A stretch of DNA of 64,000 nt from IMG/VR virus record IMGVR_UViG_3300006735_000018, positions 1-64,000 of that record. One strand, given 5' to 3'. The position numbers were made by a program, and so were the translations under genes. This stretch comes from a virus. This document shows, piece by piece, positions 9,169 through 19,500 of the stretch; position 1 is the stretch's first letter, and each line of letters begins with the position of its first letter. Under the pieces are notes generated by a model. That model made no database searches. It was given only the letters and a program-made list of their open reading frames with translations, and was not told where the DNA came from.

Positions 9169-11801
9169 TAAAAATCTACTTTTATAACAAATTGTTGTGC
9201 ACTTTGTCTTCTAACAGGACTTTGTAATTTTCCTATAGCCATTAAATCCGGATGCCCATCTTTATTATCGAATAAACCTATCTCTGTAACATAACTAAAT
9301 GAAGGGTAGGTGCCATTTTTTTCATAATGACTTTCCCAAGTAGGGTTTAACGAAGTTCCTTGTCCAACAGTACCACCACCAAATTGTGTTGAGGCTAAAT
9401 TTACATTATATTTCATTTCATATATTGTAGCCATGATGTCGGTTTGTAATTGACCGTTAAAGAAATATTCGTCTCCAAACTGTAAAGTTTCTGGTCCAGT
9501 TAAATTAGCAGCTCCGGTTGTTGTTGATGCAGAAGGTATTGTTATATAATCGTTTAGTTGGTATGTTGTCGCTACTCTTTTTAGGTAATCTGTTAAATAA
9601 AACTTCGTAGAAGCACTACTTAATTGACACCCACTGAAAGGTACATTTGCTGTAGCACCTGTCCTAAACGTACTATTAGTACCACCTATTTGATTGGTTA
9701 CGTCAACTTTTTTCCATAAATTAGGGTTAGGGTCTTCACCTGGATTAACAACTTGATACAGTAAATGCATCCTGTTTGCTTGCCATCCTGTACCACCAGA
9801 CATATTACCTGGTCCACCTAAATCAAAAGGTTTTAGGTAAGGAAATTCTTCACCAAAATCAATTTCTAAATCAACTGGGTCAGCATTTGGTACGTTAGTT
9901 ACTGGGACATAATAGTTACAATGTAAACCAGTAGTATAACCACTATTACTTTCAAGTAAATAAGTTAAATAAAGTGTTTCATCAACAGAACTATTATTAA
10001 AGACACCAACATTAGATGTTTCTCCCGCACAATTTGTACCAGCTGGTATTTTAGTAACTCTAGGTGCTGGTAAAGTCCAACTCCTATTTGATTTATAAGA
10101 CATAGCTGCTACTAACTCTTCGTCATGAATCGTAACCATTTTTAAATCTGGCCAAACTTTACCTACCGGGTTAGGTCCCACTGTTGTTTGTCCTAAATTA
10201 GTAGTTTGCGGTCCAGCGTTATCATCGTATAGATAATAATATCTAAGACCATCATCATTCATATTATTATTAACTGTAGATTTCATTACATATGGTTGTG
10301 ATGGGAACATATCAAATCCAGCTGGGTCAGTATAGAAACATTGACCATATTCTGTCGCTCCCATACAACCTTGTTGTTCTGAAGTTCCATTTTTTAAACT
10401 ACTCACATATTTTTTATGCCACATTAAATTAGGCATACATATTCTAAAATTCTTAGCTTTACCTATGTCTATTTTTGTAGAAGTATCTTGTAGTTGTGCA
10501 AATTTTTCACCGTAAAAGTTGGATATAGTTTGATTTGTATAGTGTAAAATAGCAATTGTTTTTTGTCTTTTTGGTGTTACTACTCTAGGATTTTTATAAG
10601 AATCATAATACCATGAAGAACTTTTCATTGTTGGGTTATATGTGTCTGGAACAGTTCCAGTATCTACTTGACCTGTATTACTACGATATCCTAAATATTC
10701 TTTTGTACCACAGTACCCTGAAGAACCATAATAATCTACTGTTTCAAAACCTTCACCAACACTTGAGTCTCTGACCCCCGCTACTTGTTCTGTCCAGTTT
10801 ATATTCATATTCCAAATTTTAACATCTTTTACAGAAACATCACAATTATTTTCAAAAGACAATGAACCTGGGGACCAATAAGGTGTCGGTTGTGCGGCCC
10901 CATACCATGTCAACATTGGATTGGTTGATTGTGCAGAATAGGTACCCCCGGTAACATTAGGGAACACTTTTACACACGCCCCAACTAAAGTACCTGTTTT
11001 ACCTGAATATTGTTTTATATCTACAGCATAAGCTCCAGTTGAAGCCGAGTAATCCATAAAGTTTGGTAATGCCCTATCTAGTGTATACCATAAAGGTTTA
11101 GCTGTACTACCAGACCAAGAACTACCTGTTCTACCAGAGGTACTATTTCCACCAATAATTTGATAGTATAGTTGTGCTGAACCACCAGTACAAGGTAAAG
11201 CGTGACAACTAGTTGTGCCTGTAGCTCCACTCTGGAAAAAATATGTTACACCTAAAATATCACCAACAACAGGTGTGTAACCAGGTAATGTTCCAGCAGA
11301 AAACGCTTGATTTTGGAATGTATTTGCTGATAAAAGTGTTATTCTACTACCACCGGTCATAGCTGAAAGTGGGAAAAAGAAATTAGAGTTTAATGTATAT
11401 GCAGAACCTGTCATAGCTGAAAATGCACATGTTGTTCCAGTATTACCACTATAGAAACCTCTTTGTGCTGCTCTATTAAAAACTTCTTCATAATCATGTG
11501 CAGCTTGAGCGGCTCCAAACAACTGGTTAGGTGCCGTTCTAGTCATAGGTAGTGGATACTTTACGTGTGCCTTATTTTTTTCTGGAATTGGGTTTAAGTT
11601 TTGTGCGTTAAAATTAGCCTGCATTATATTAACCCCACTATTTAAAGATGGTAATCTACCATTACAATCATAACAGTATTCACTATCTCCTATTTGAAAT
11701 AGTTCTATGTTTAATTGTCCTTTAGATAATTTTTTTCTACCAGCGTCTGTAAGTTTTACAGATATTATTCCTTGTGACGTGTCTTTTAATATATAACTCA
11801 T
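9168..11801 (-). CDS. Baseplate/fibre structural protein
   Basis: N-terminal VKLTDAGRKKL..FQIGDSE and C-terminal VTEIGLFD..MAIGKLQSPV motifs flank a long G/S/T-rich insert. Confidence 0.65.
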   Translation of the reverse strand: MSYILKDTSQGIISVKLTDAGRKKLSKGQLNIELFQIGDSEYCYDCNGRLPSLNSGVNIMQANFNAQNLNPIPEKNKAHVKYPLPMTRTAPNQLFGAAQAAHDYEEVFNRAAQRGFYSGNTGTTCAFSAMTGSAYTLNSNFFFPLSAMTGGSRITLLSANTFQNQAFSAGTLPGYTPVVGDILGVTYFFQSGATGTTSCHALPCTGGSAQLYYQIIGGNSTSGRTGSSWSGSTAKPLWYTLDRALPNFMDYSASTGAYAVDIKQYSGKTGTLVGACVKVFPNVTGGTYSAQSTNPMLTWYGAAQPTPYWSPGSLSFENNCDVSVKDVKIWNMNINWTEQVAGVRDSSVGEGFETVDYYGSSGYCGTKEYLGYRSNTGQVDTGTVPDTYNPTMKSSSWYYDSYKNPRVVTPKRQKTIAILHYTNQTISNFYGEKFAQLQDTSTKIDIGKAKNFRICMPNLMWHKKYVSSLKNGTSEQQGCMGATEYGQCFYTDPAGFDMFPSQPYVMKSTVNNNMNDDGLRYYYLYDDNAGPQTTNLGQTTVGPNPVGKVWPDLKMVTIHDEELVAAMSYKSNRSWTLPAPRVTKIPAGTNCAGETSNVGVFNNSSVDETLYLTYLLESNSGYTTGLHCNYYVPVTNVPNADPVDLEIDFGEEFPYLKPFDLGGPGNMSGGTGWQANRMHLLYQVVNPGEDPNPNLWKKVDVTNQIGGTNSTFRTGATANVPFSGCQLSSASTKFYLTDYLKRVATTYQLNDYITIPSASTTTGAANLTGPETLQFGDEYFFNGQLQTDIMATIYEMKYNVNLASTQFGGGTVGQGTSLNPTWESHYEKNGTYPSFSYVTEIGLFDNKDGHPDLMAIGKLQSPVRRQSAQQFVIKVDF

Positions 11802-11817
11802 AATTTTTTTGTTTTAT

Positions 11818-11825
11818 TATAAATA
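11818..11825 (-). promoter_or_regulatory. TATTTATA motif, putative phage promoter
   Basis: Intergenic, upstream of ATG 11801. Confidence 0.55.
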
Positions 11826-11850
11826 TTGTTTATAATTTTTTATTCTATTC

Positions 11851-14800
11851 TTAATAACCTCCAGAATTTGACCCAGGTCTCATCCTTCTAGTGTTATATG
11901 GTGAATAAAAAGTTGTTTTATCTATTGTAAATGTTATTGATTTAGTACTTCTTTCTGTACTAATTTCAGAACCATTTATAAGTGGATAATATCTTTTAGA
12001 TTGTACATTATAACTATAAGTTCCTGGTTCTGGTACGGAAATTATAAAATTAGTACTAATACTACCTTCTTTTGTTGTGTCAAATGTTTCTAATTCCTCT
12101 TGTACTATATTACCATTACTGTCAAATACAACTAATTTAAGTTCTTCTATAAGATAAATCTTTTTATCTATAGTGGCTCTAACTATAGGATTTTTAGTAC
12201 TGGCTAACCCAGTTACATTATACTGTGTTAAATAATACATAGATATCACATCTGAAGATATGAAATCAGTTGTACCATCCACAACGTAAGTTAAAAACTG
12301 TATTCTTTTTTCTGTAACTTTTTCAAAATCTACACCTTCCGTTAGTGTTTGTCCATTAAGTACCATTTGAATCCCACCTAATGCTGGGTATTCTAAATTA
12401 ATATAATAGTTAGCGGTATCTTTATACATAACACTGTTAGTGTCTGTAGTTACAGTACCAACTGTTAATCTTTGATTGTAATAGTTTCTATTACTTTTAG
12501 CTGGGTAAATAACTTGTATTATATCATTATTTTTAACAGTTCTAGGACCCATAATTAACCTAAAACCATTCCAATAATAATCACCAGTATTAAAAGCTTC
12601 TTGATTGTCACTGTAACTAGTGATAGTGACACTATTACTTTGTGTCATAGTAACTCCATTAACAACCACTTGTACATTACTTAATGGTGGATATGGCATT
12701 GTTAAAGCAGAATAAGTGAAAGCACTTTGTGACCCAGAAAAATCTGGAACATCACTAACTGTGATTCTTTTTGTAACCAATCTAACAGAACCCTCAGCTA
12801 AAGAACTATTATAATTAATTTGTTGATTTATTAAGTTTGGTTCTGATGGTGGTTGAACTAAGGCCATATAATAATCTGTATTTTCTATAGTTGTACCACC
12901 AACATTATCTAAATTATCTAACCAAATAGGGTCTTTAGTACTTTTATCTTTAAAAATATAAGAGGGTTTTATGATATATTCCCAAGTGTTCCCTGTAGGT
13001 AATCCAGACAAAGGTAATATAGTTGTTGAACTTAAAGCTATCCCAGTTTTTCTATCTTGTGGGTTAGATAATTCACTTAAGGTGTTAAAAAGATAACTAT
13101 ATGCTGGTTTATTTTTTACCCTACTTTGACTGTAATCATAAGCGTGAATATTTAATTTTAAAAAACATTTTTCTAGTAATATATCTGAAGTAAAACCAGA
13201 TGTGTTAGCTGTAATAATTGTTGTGTTACCAGTATAACCAGATAGGTTAATAATTTTTAAATTTTCTACATCTGTTTTTGGTTTAGTCAACCCTTCTAAT
13301 ACAGTGGTAGGTTCTTTAAATGTTTGTAAAGTTGCGGAAGCTTTTGGTCTTATACTTGGTACTGTTAACTCTGAGTTACACCTAGGATTAAAGTCACAGT
13401 TTTTTGAATTTTCAACATTGTTATTACCTACTACCTCATCTAAAGTTTGTGATTGTATTGATATATTTGGATTATAGGTTGTAGTCTCTGTTAATGTTAT
13501 AGCGGAAGTATTTGATATAAAGGTGTTAGATGTAGGTGTTACAGTATAATTTGCAGCTGTACCTGTAAATCCAACCCCATAAAATGTACCGAAACTTGAG
13601 TTGGCCATGTAACCAGTTCTTGTACCTCCTAAAAATCTTTGTAATTCAGTTCCACTAACCCAAGTAGGTGCACTTTCTGAACTTCCTGACCAAGTATTAC
13701 TGTCTGTCAAATCAAAATTAATTTCGTGATATGTTTGAAATACGTTTGAAGCTCCAATATCTACAGTTGCACCAGTCGCGTAAGTGTTAGACTTTTCTCC
13801 CATTGTTGGTGTCATTTGGATTTTAAACCTTTCTCCTTCATCACCGCTTCTTGTAACTCTAACTTTAATAGCTCCTTGGGTTGTCATATACCCGCTTTGA
13901 GTATAAGGACTTCTATGTGCTGTAGCTGGACTAACAACATCCCTAGGTCCATTTCTTAAAACTACATGACTAAATTCTTTGTATTGCGTGGTAACATAGG
14001 TTGTTTCTCCTGGGTCTAGACCGGCCTCATATTCTCGTAATAAACTAAGTAATATCTCCTCATAAATCCTCATAAAAATTTCATCTTCAGAAAAGGTCCT
14101 ATAGAGGTCTTCATAACTGTATTTATCAAGTGTATCATCCAACGTACCACCATAACCTTCAGCTACTTCTGGATTTTCTTCAAAAAACTGACTAATTGCT
14201 TGTTGTTTTGCTCTTTCTACTATTTCTTGAATCACCCTATCATCAGCCTCTTCTGGATTTCCTTGAATTATTTCTCGTCCGTATGCGTCCTGTTGGAATG
14301 CTCTAGCTGATTGTCCTCTATTAAAGTTAATAGATGTTCCACTAGTTTGGTCAATATCTAATGTTAGATAATGGGTAGCACCACTTTGACCATAGGTACC
14401 TTCAGTATCTCTAAAGTAAGCTAAAACTACCGAAGCTGAACCACGATTATTAAATTGTGTTGCTCCACTTTGGAATAAATAAACATCGTGTGTGTAGTCT
14501 AAGTAACTACAAGAACTTATTAAGGATACTGGTCTTGGTGTTACTGTAGTTGCTGAATTACTAGATAACCTATATGTGGTTTGACAATAGTTATTTTCTA
14601 ATTTACTAGCATATATTTTATAGTCTTTAACTACGTCGGATTCACCAATATAAGGAAATATATTATCAGCTCCTGCGTGAGCCAACATAATATATTTAAA
14701 TGTATTACTATTTTGTGTTAATAGTTCTGAAGAAACCGGGTCACCTTTAGTACCTCTATCAGCTAAAGGATTAAATGTTACCCAAGCATAGTCACTATCT

Positions 14801-15840
14801 GTGTTTCCTGTCGTAGTATCCCAAACAAAAAACTTATTTAGGTATCTATGATAATAATAGGTACCTCTATAATTGTTACCCTCTATTGTGGCACCTGTTA
14901 AATCTTTTTGTGTTACAGCTACCACTGGGTCACCACCCACAACACCACTAGGACCACAATTCCAACCCTCTTGACATTCACTACTACCACTCACCCCTAA
15001 ATACCACCATCTACCCGTATCTGTAGTTCTAGCTGTATTTGGGTTTACGTCTGGGTATCTCATTACACCACCGCTGGCAGAATTACCAGTAAAAAACCAG
15101 TGACCTACCCCATCTAAAACGTGACTATAATTATTTAAACCAGTAGTATATAAATTTGTACCTGTTGTAATCCCATTTCCACCATAATAAACTTTAGAGT
15201 TGGCAAAATGTGAATTTATTGTATAAGCGGATGTTATAGCTGAAAGTCTAAAAGCTGGGTTACTTGTTGCGGAAACACTTATAGTTGAAGCTGTACATTC
15301 TGAATCTGTAACTTTAAAATGTCTAGTTAAACTTTGTTCTCTACCTATACTCAACAAATATTGACCATTTGTTAAATCTTTAAATACTACAGGTGTTTGT
15401 GTGTCAGCAGTTGCAACTGTTCTTTGTCTTAATAAACTACCATCTTTATATAGGGAATAGTTAAAAGTAGACGCTGTATATTGTCCAAATAAATTATTAG
15501 TACCAGACGAATAAACTGTAACTTCACAATATTGGTTTGTATTTGTAACACAAGAATACGATGTTACGTCAGCAGAAAATGATGGATTGGTGTAAGCTGA
15601 AAGGTTAACATTTGTAGTACCAACATTACCATTTGAATCTGTAATTGTAGCCTTGTAAAGACCTTCGGCTAAATTATCCAAGTCCCATTGTGTTGATGTT
15701 ACATAACCATTTACAGTAGCTCCTGACCAACTAACAGTCCAAGGAGCAGTACCACCACTAACATCTACAATTGTTATAGCACCAACTGATTCTCCTGAAA
15801 CTGTTGGTGTTACATAATATTCGTTAAGAAAAGCACTCAT
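11851..15840 (-). CDS. Large fibre/receptor-binding-like structural protein with N-terminal SprB-like repeat
   Basis: GAITIVDVSGGTAPWTVSWSG..LAEGLYKATITDSNG resembles an SprB repeat; C-terminal VVNGV..GDY and LNGQTLTEGVDF beta repeats common in phage virion proteins. Confidence 0.6.
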   Translation of the reverse strand: MSAFLNEYYVTPTVSGESVGAITIVDVSGGTAPWTVSWSGATVNGYVTSTQWDLDNLAEGLYKATITDSNGNVGTTNVNLSAYTNPSFSADVTSYSCVTNTNQYCEVTVYSSGTNNLFGQYTASTFNYSLYKDGSLLRQRTVATADTQTPVVFKDLTNGQYLLSIGREQSLTRHFKVTDSECTASTISVSATSNPAFRLSAITSAYTINSHFANSKVYYGGNGITTGTNLYTTGLNNYSHVLDGVGHWFFTGNSASGGVMRYPDVNPNTARTTDTGRWWYLGVSGSSECQEGWNCGPSGVVGGDPVVAVTQKDLTGATIEGNNYRGTYYYHRYLNKFFVWDTTTGNTDSDYAWVTFNPLADRGTKGDPVSSELLTQNSNTFKYIMLAHAGADNIFPYIGESDVVKDYKIYASKLENNYCQTTYRLSSNSATTVTPRPVSLISSCSYLDYTHDVYLFQSGATQFNNRGSASVVLAYFRDTEGTYGQSGATHYLTLDIDQTSGTSINFNRGQSARAFQQDAYGREIIQGNPEEADDRVIQEIVERAKQQAISQFFEENPEVAEGYGGTLDDTLDKYSYEDLYRTFSEDEIFMRIYEEILLSLLREYEAGLDPGETTYVTTQYKEFSHVVLRNGPRDVVSPATAHRSPYTQSGYMTTQGAIKVRVTRSGDEGERFKIQMTPTMGEKSNTYATGATVDIGASNVFQTYHEINFDLTDSNTWSGSSESAPTWVSGTELQRFLGGTRTGYMANSSFGTFYGVGFTGTAANYTVTPTSNTFISNTSAITLTETTTYNPNISIQSQTLDEVVGNNNVENSKNCDFNPRCNSELTVPSIRPKASATLQTFKEPTTVLEGLTKPKTDVENLKIINLSGYTGNTTIITANTSGFTSDILLEKCFLKLNIHAYDYSQSRVKNKPAYSYLFNTLSELSNPQDRKTGIALSSTTILPLSGLPTGNTWEYIIKPSYIFKDKSTKDPIWLDNLDNVGGTTIENTDYYMALVQPPSEPNLINQQINYNSSLAEGSVRLVTKRITVSDVPDFSGSQSAFTYSALTMPYPPLSNVQVVVNGVTMTQSNSVTITSYSDNQEAFNTGDYYWNGFRLIMGPRTVKNNDIIQVIYPAKSNRNYYNQRLTVGTVTTDTNSVMYKDTANYYINLEYPALGGIQMVLNGQTLTEGVDFEKVTEKRIQFLTYVVDGTTDFISSDVISMYYLTQYNVTGLASTKNPIVRATIDKKIYLIEELKLVVFDSNGNIVQEELETFDTTKEGSISTNFIISVPEPGTYSYNVQSKRYYPLINGSEISTERSTKSITFTIDKTTFYSPYNTRRMRPGSNSGGY

Positions 15841-15852
15841 ATTTTATCAGTT

Positions 15853-18800
15853 TTAATATCCATAACCTCCTCCAGAACTTGTTCCATTACCTCCGGTATT
15901 AGTGTCATAATTTATTGTTACAGAACCAACAGAGTTGGTTATATTATTATTATTTCTTTCACCTCTTATAGGTGAAAGAGTGTCGTGTGGTTCAACAGTG
16001 TGTATAGCTCCAACCATTGGTACACCATCATGTATATGATAAAAGCCAACATAAACATCACCACTAGGAAGTAAATATTCATCACCACTTGTATATAAAT
16101 TACTTTCGTCACCTAAACAAGAACTTGTAAACACTTTTGGTTCACAACTTCTATTAACCCCAGCACAATAATTTTCTGCTTTATCTTCACATTCATCACA
16201 ATCTAATATAGAGGTATCTGTAACCAAATCTGTTGTACCGTAAAATGGATGTGTAGGTACATTTGATTTTTTATCTTTACAAACACAATAAAACTTACAT
16301 TTAAAACCTTCATCTGATTTAAACTGTGTTAAAGGTTCAGCTCTTGTTGTTTTTATTATTATCGGTTGACCATCTATTAATATTTGATTATCTACATTAT
16401 CAACTTTTTCTTTTATTTTTATTTCACTCTCAATTAATTCAAATTTTTCATCTAACGTTGGTGTAAAACAAGGTGTATATAATTTTTCGTCTGGGGTTAC
16501 TACTACAAAATGTTCTTTATCAATTCCTCTAACATTAGATATTATATTTTTTATAACGTAACTATGACTAATTTGTGGAAATTTGTAATTACAAAGAATA
16601 GAATCTTTTTGGTCATATCTAGGTAAATTAAATACTAGTATACCAGATTTAATTTCAACCATATCTTTGTTGTTTGGTAAGTAGTAATCTGTCAGACTGT
16701 TAGTTTCTAGTTGGTTAACCCAGTTATTTGTAGCTTTTGGTGATTCTATATTTAATTCTAGTTTTTTATCATCTTTTTTATTGTCTACAAATGTTAAATT
16801 ATTAAAGGTTTCTGAATTTATACTTGGTGGTTTAATAGGTGAGTAACCTTTATCTATAATATACAAAGACCCTAGTGAGGTTTGTTTTATAGTCTCATTT
16901 CTATCATTTATATATTCTTCAGGTTCAGAAAGTTTTTGAGGGTTCATAAAAAACTTTTTTTCCATATTACTAGTTCTACCTGTGGTTGGACTATATTTTG
17001 TAATTCTATAAAATGGTGATTGTATAGGATTACCCGATAAATCTATTTTATTACCTAAATTCATCTCTATGTAAGCGTTACCACCAGTTACTTTAGATGT
17101 TACATTAAAAGTTGTATTATATTTTAAAGAAACTGTTTCACCACTTTTTAAAGAAATTAATCCAGTATTTAAACTTACGGGTATACTAGCGTGGAATACT
17201 GTATTTGCTGATGTTCCAGAAGCGTAACAATTACTATAACCACTCATACTGTTTTGTACTATATTAGTTTGATTTAAAAGGTATTGATTGGCTGATGTAT
17301 TAGTTAAAGGACTGGCACCAATAACTGTACTTAGTAAATTACTAGTAACACCACTTGTTGTTTCTTTTTCTATAAACACTTCAAAATTAAAATCTAAAAT
17401 ACCAGTATTATTATTTAAACCATTTTTACCTGGAAAATAAACACCATTAGTGTCTTTTTTAACGGTTTCACCTTCTGTTAACCCCCTTTCAATTATAGAA
17501 GAATTTATTAACCTTTTAAGTTCGTATTCTGTACTTGGGTATCCTATACTTTCAGTTGAACCTGAAACATAATTAGTAGTTATGTATTCACACCATTTAG
17601 TGTCTGTGTATTTAACATCTAGATAAGCCTGGTATTGGAATTTGTAGGTTCCTCCACTTAAACTTTTATAAATCATATAATTTTTAGGGTCACCACTTTG
17701 TATTATTACGGCTCCCTCACCTGAAAGTGATAAAGTAGTACCTGTTTGTGCTGATAAATTTTGCCAAGAATTATAAGGTACCCAACTAGGAGAATTTACA
17801 CCTATAAAAGGTTGGTGTTCTATTCTGTTTATATTAGTTATTGGTATTGATATACCTGTTTGTTCTGTGGTAGCTGTATACCCATTTCCAGAAAAATATA
17901 TATCATACGTGTTATTTCCTGTGATTGCTCCAGACGTATAACCAGTATACATAGTAGCCGCTGAAAAGGATTCTTTTATTGTTGAAAATGTTGTACCAAA
18001 AAAGTCATTTCTTAGGTCTTTTATTGGTGCGTAGTATTCTTTTTCACAAGTCCAACACTTACCAAAATTATTATCTATTTTTGTTTTTTTACAGGCTTCT
18101 ACACAATTTTCTAATGAAGAATTAACTAATATTGTTGTTAACTTATCATTTGTATCGTTAGAGTACATACACTTACAATTAGTACCATCCCATAAATTCT
18201 TTTTACTATATTCGTTAACCTTAGTTTCTTTAGAAGGACAAATAGTCATAGTTTTTAAAGAACCACCAGAACTATATTCTACCCTTAAATCGTTAAAATA
18301 ATCATTATTAGACCTTGAAATCCAATCACTAATATTATTATATAATCTAGGTTTTTTACCACCATCACCAGCGTAAGTTTCTAAATTAGCTATTTGATTT
18401 TCTTTTAAAGATTGTTCAAAACTATCTAAATGTTCTGCAGAATAAAAACTTACTTCTATACATCTTTCTAAATCACTAAAGTATTGATTATTACGTAATT
18501 CTGAAACCCAATTTAAAGGGTATTTTCTCAATCCTTTATCAAAATAAGGTGTAGATGGTTCTATTATGTTACCGTCTAATTTTCTAGAAACATTATAAGG
18601 TATTTCTTTAACACTATTTTTAATAAAATTACCTATATTAAGTTTATAGTTTTCATCATTTTTAACTATGTAAACATCAGAAGATTTTAAATAGTAATCT
18701 GTATACTCTTGGTTTAATCCTTGGAAGTATTCTAGATAGTTAAATTTTACTTGTCCTAGTTCTAGGTCTTTACTTTCCATTTTAACATAACTGGTAGGTG

Positions 18801-19500
18801 CTGTAGTTAAAGTTCTAATCCTTCTAGGTTCAACTAAGGTTACCGTATCAACATCACCTGTTTTATCTTTAAAATATTTTTTTACAATATTAGCATTTGG
18901 TTTTGGTACGTTTAATTTAAAAAATATAGTAGTTATCGGACCTGTAGTACTAAAAGCTCTTAAATCTACATCAAAACCTAAATTAGAGTATACTTTAAAT
19001 AAATCAGTATCCTCACTAATATGTGGTAATAACATTTCTATTTGATGTATTTTACCTTCCCTAGGTCTATTAAATTTATGTAAGGCGGATTTTTCGTTTG
19101 GTGAATATATTTCACTAGTAGATAGTAGAGATTTATGTATTTTGTTTCCTATTTGTTTTAGAGATAATGTCCTATCATTTTCTATATTTAGTCTTATTAT
19201 AAAATCTGATAAAAATGGTTTTTTAGTTAGTTTGTATTCACCTAACTTAAAGTTTTCCTTTTTAAAATATAAAAAAGCTTCTAGTATTTTTTTACCTTGA
19301 TATATTTGGTACATTTGTACTGGACTATTCACATCATAATCCATTGTTATAAATTGACTTTTATTGTATTTTCTACCACTTACAGTTCCGGTAGCATAAA
19401 CCTTAACTTGTAACGAATCCATTACTTGTCTTAAATCAATGTTTTTAGTATATCTTACAACATCTTTACTATTTTTTATATTTTTTTCTATAGTATCCAT
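15853..19500 (-). CDS. Large structural protein with Cys clusters and C-terminal His-rich motif
   Basis: 1215-aa ORF coupled to upstream gene (TAATG overlap); C-terminal YVGFYHIH..MVGAIH..H motif. Confidence 0.55.
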   Translation of the reverse strand: MDTIEKNIKNSKDVVRYTKNIDLRQVMDSLQVKVYATGTVSGRKYNKSQFITMDYDVNSPVQMYQIYQGKKILEAFLYFKKENFKLGEYKLTKKPFLSDFIIRLNIENDRTLSLKQIGNKIHKSLLSTSEIYSPNEKSALHKFNRPREGKIHQIEMLLPHISEDTDLFKVYSNLGFDVDLRAFSTTGPITTIFFKLNVPKPNANIVKKYFKDKTGDVDTVTLVEPRRIRTLTTAPTSYVKMESKDLELGQVKFNYLEYFQGLNQEYTDYYLKSSDVYIVKNDENYKLNIGNFIKNSVKEIPYNVSRKLDGNIIEPSTPYFDKGLRKYPLNWVSELRNNQYFSDLERCIEVSFYSAEHLDSFEQSLKENQIANLETYAGDGGKKPRLYNNISDWISRSNNDYFNDLRVEYSSGGSLKTMTICPSKETKVNEYSKKNLWDGTNCKCMYSNDTNDKLTTILVNSSLENCVEACKKTKIDNNFGKCWTCEKEYYAPIKDLRNDFFGTTFSTIKESFSAATMYTGYTSGAITGNNTYDIYFSGNGYTATTEQTGISIPITNINRIEHQPFIGVNSPSWVPYNSWQNLSAQTGTTLSLSGEGAVIIQSGDPKNYMIYKSLSGGTYKFQYQAYLDVKYTDTKWCEYITTNYVSGSTESIGYPSTEYELKRLINSSIIERGLTEGETVKKDTNGVYFPGKNGLNNNTGILDFNFEVFIEKETTSGVTSNLLSTVIGASPLTNTSANQYLLNQTNIVQNSMSGYSNCYASGTSANTVFHASIPVSLNTGLISLKSGETVSLKYNTTFNVTSKVTGGNAYIEMNLGNKIDLSGNPIQSPFYRITKYSPTTGRTSNMEKKFFMNPQKLSEPEEYINDRNETIKQTSLGSLYIIDKGYSPIKPPSINSETFNNLTFVDNKKDDKKLELNIESPKATNNWVNQLETNSLTDYYLPNNKDMVEIKSGILVFNLPRYDQKDSILCNYKFPQISHSYVIKNIISNVRGIDKEHFVVVTPDEKLYTPCFTPTLDEKFELIESEIKIKEKVDNVDNQILIDGQPIIIKTTRAEPLTQFKSDEGFKCKFYCVCKDKKSNVPTHPFYGTTDLVTDTSILDCDECEDKAENYCAGVNRSCEPKVFTSSCLGDESNLYTSGDEYLLPSGDVYVGFYHIHDGVPMVGAIHTVEPHDTLSPIRGERNNNNITNSVGSVTINYDTNTGGNGTSSGGGYGY

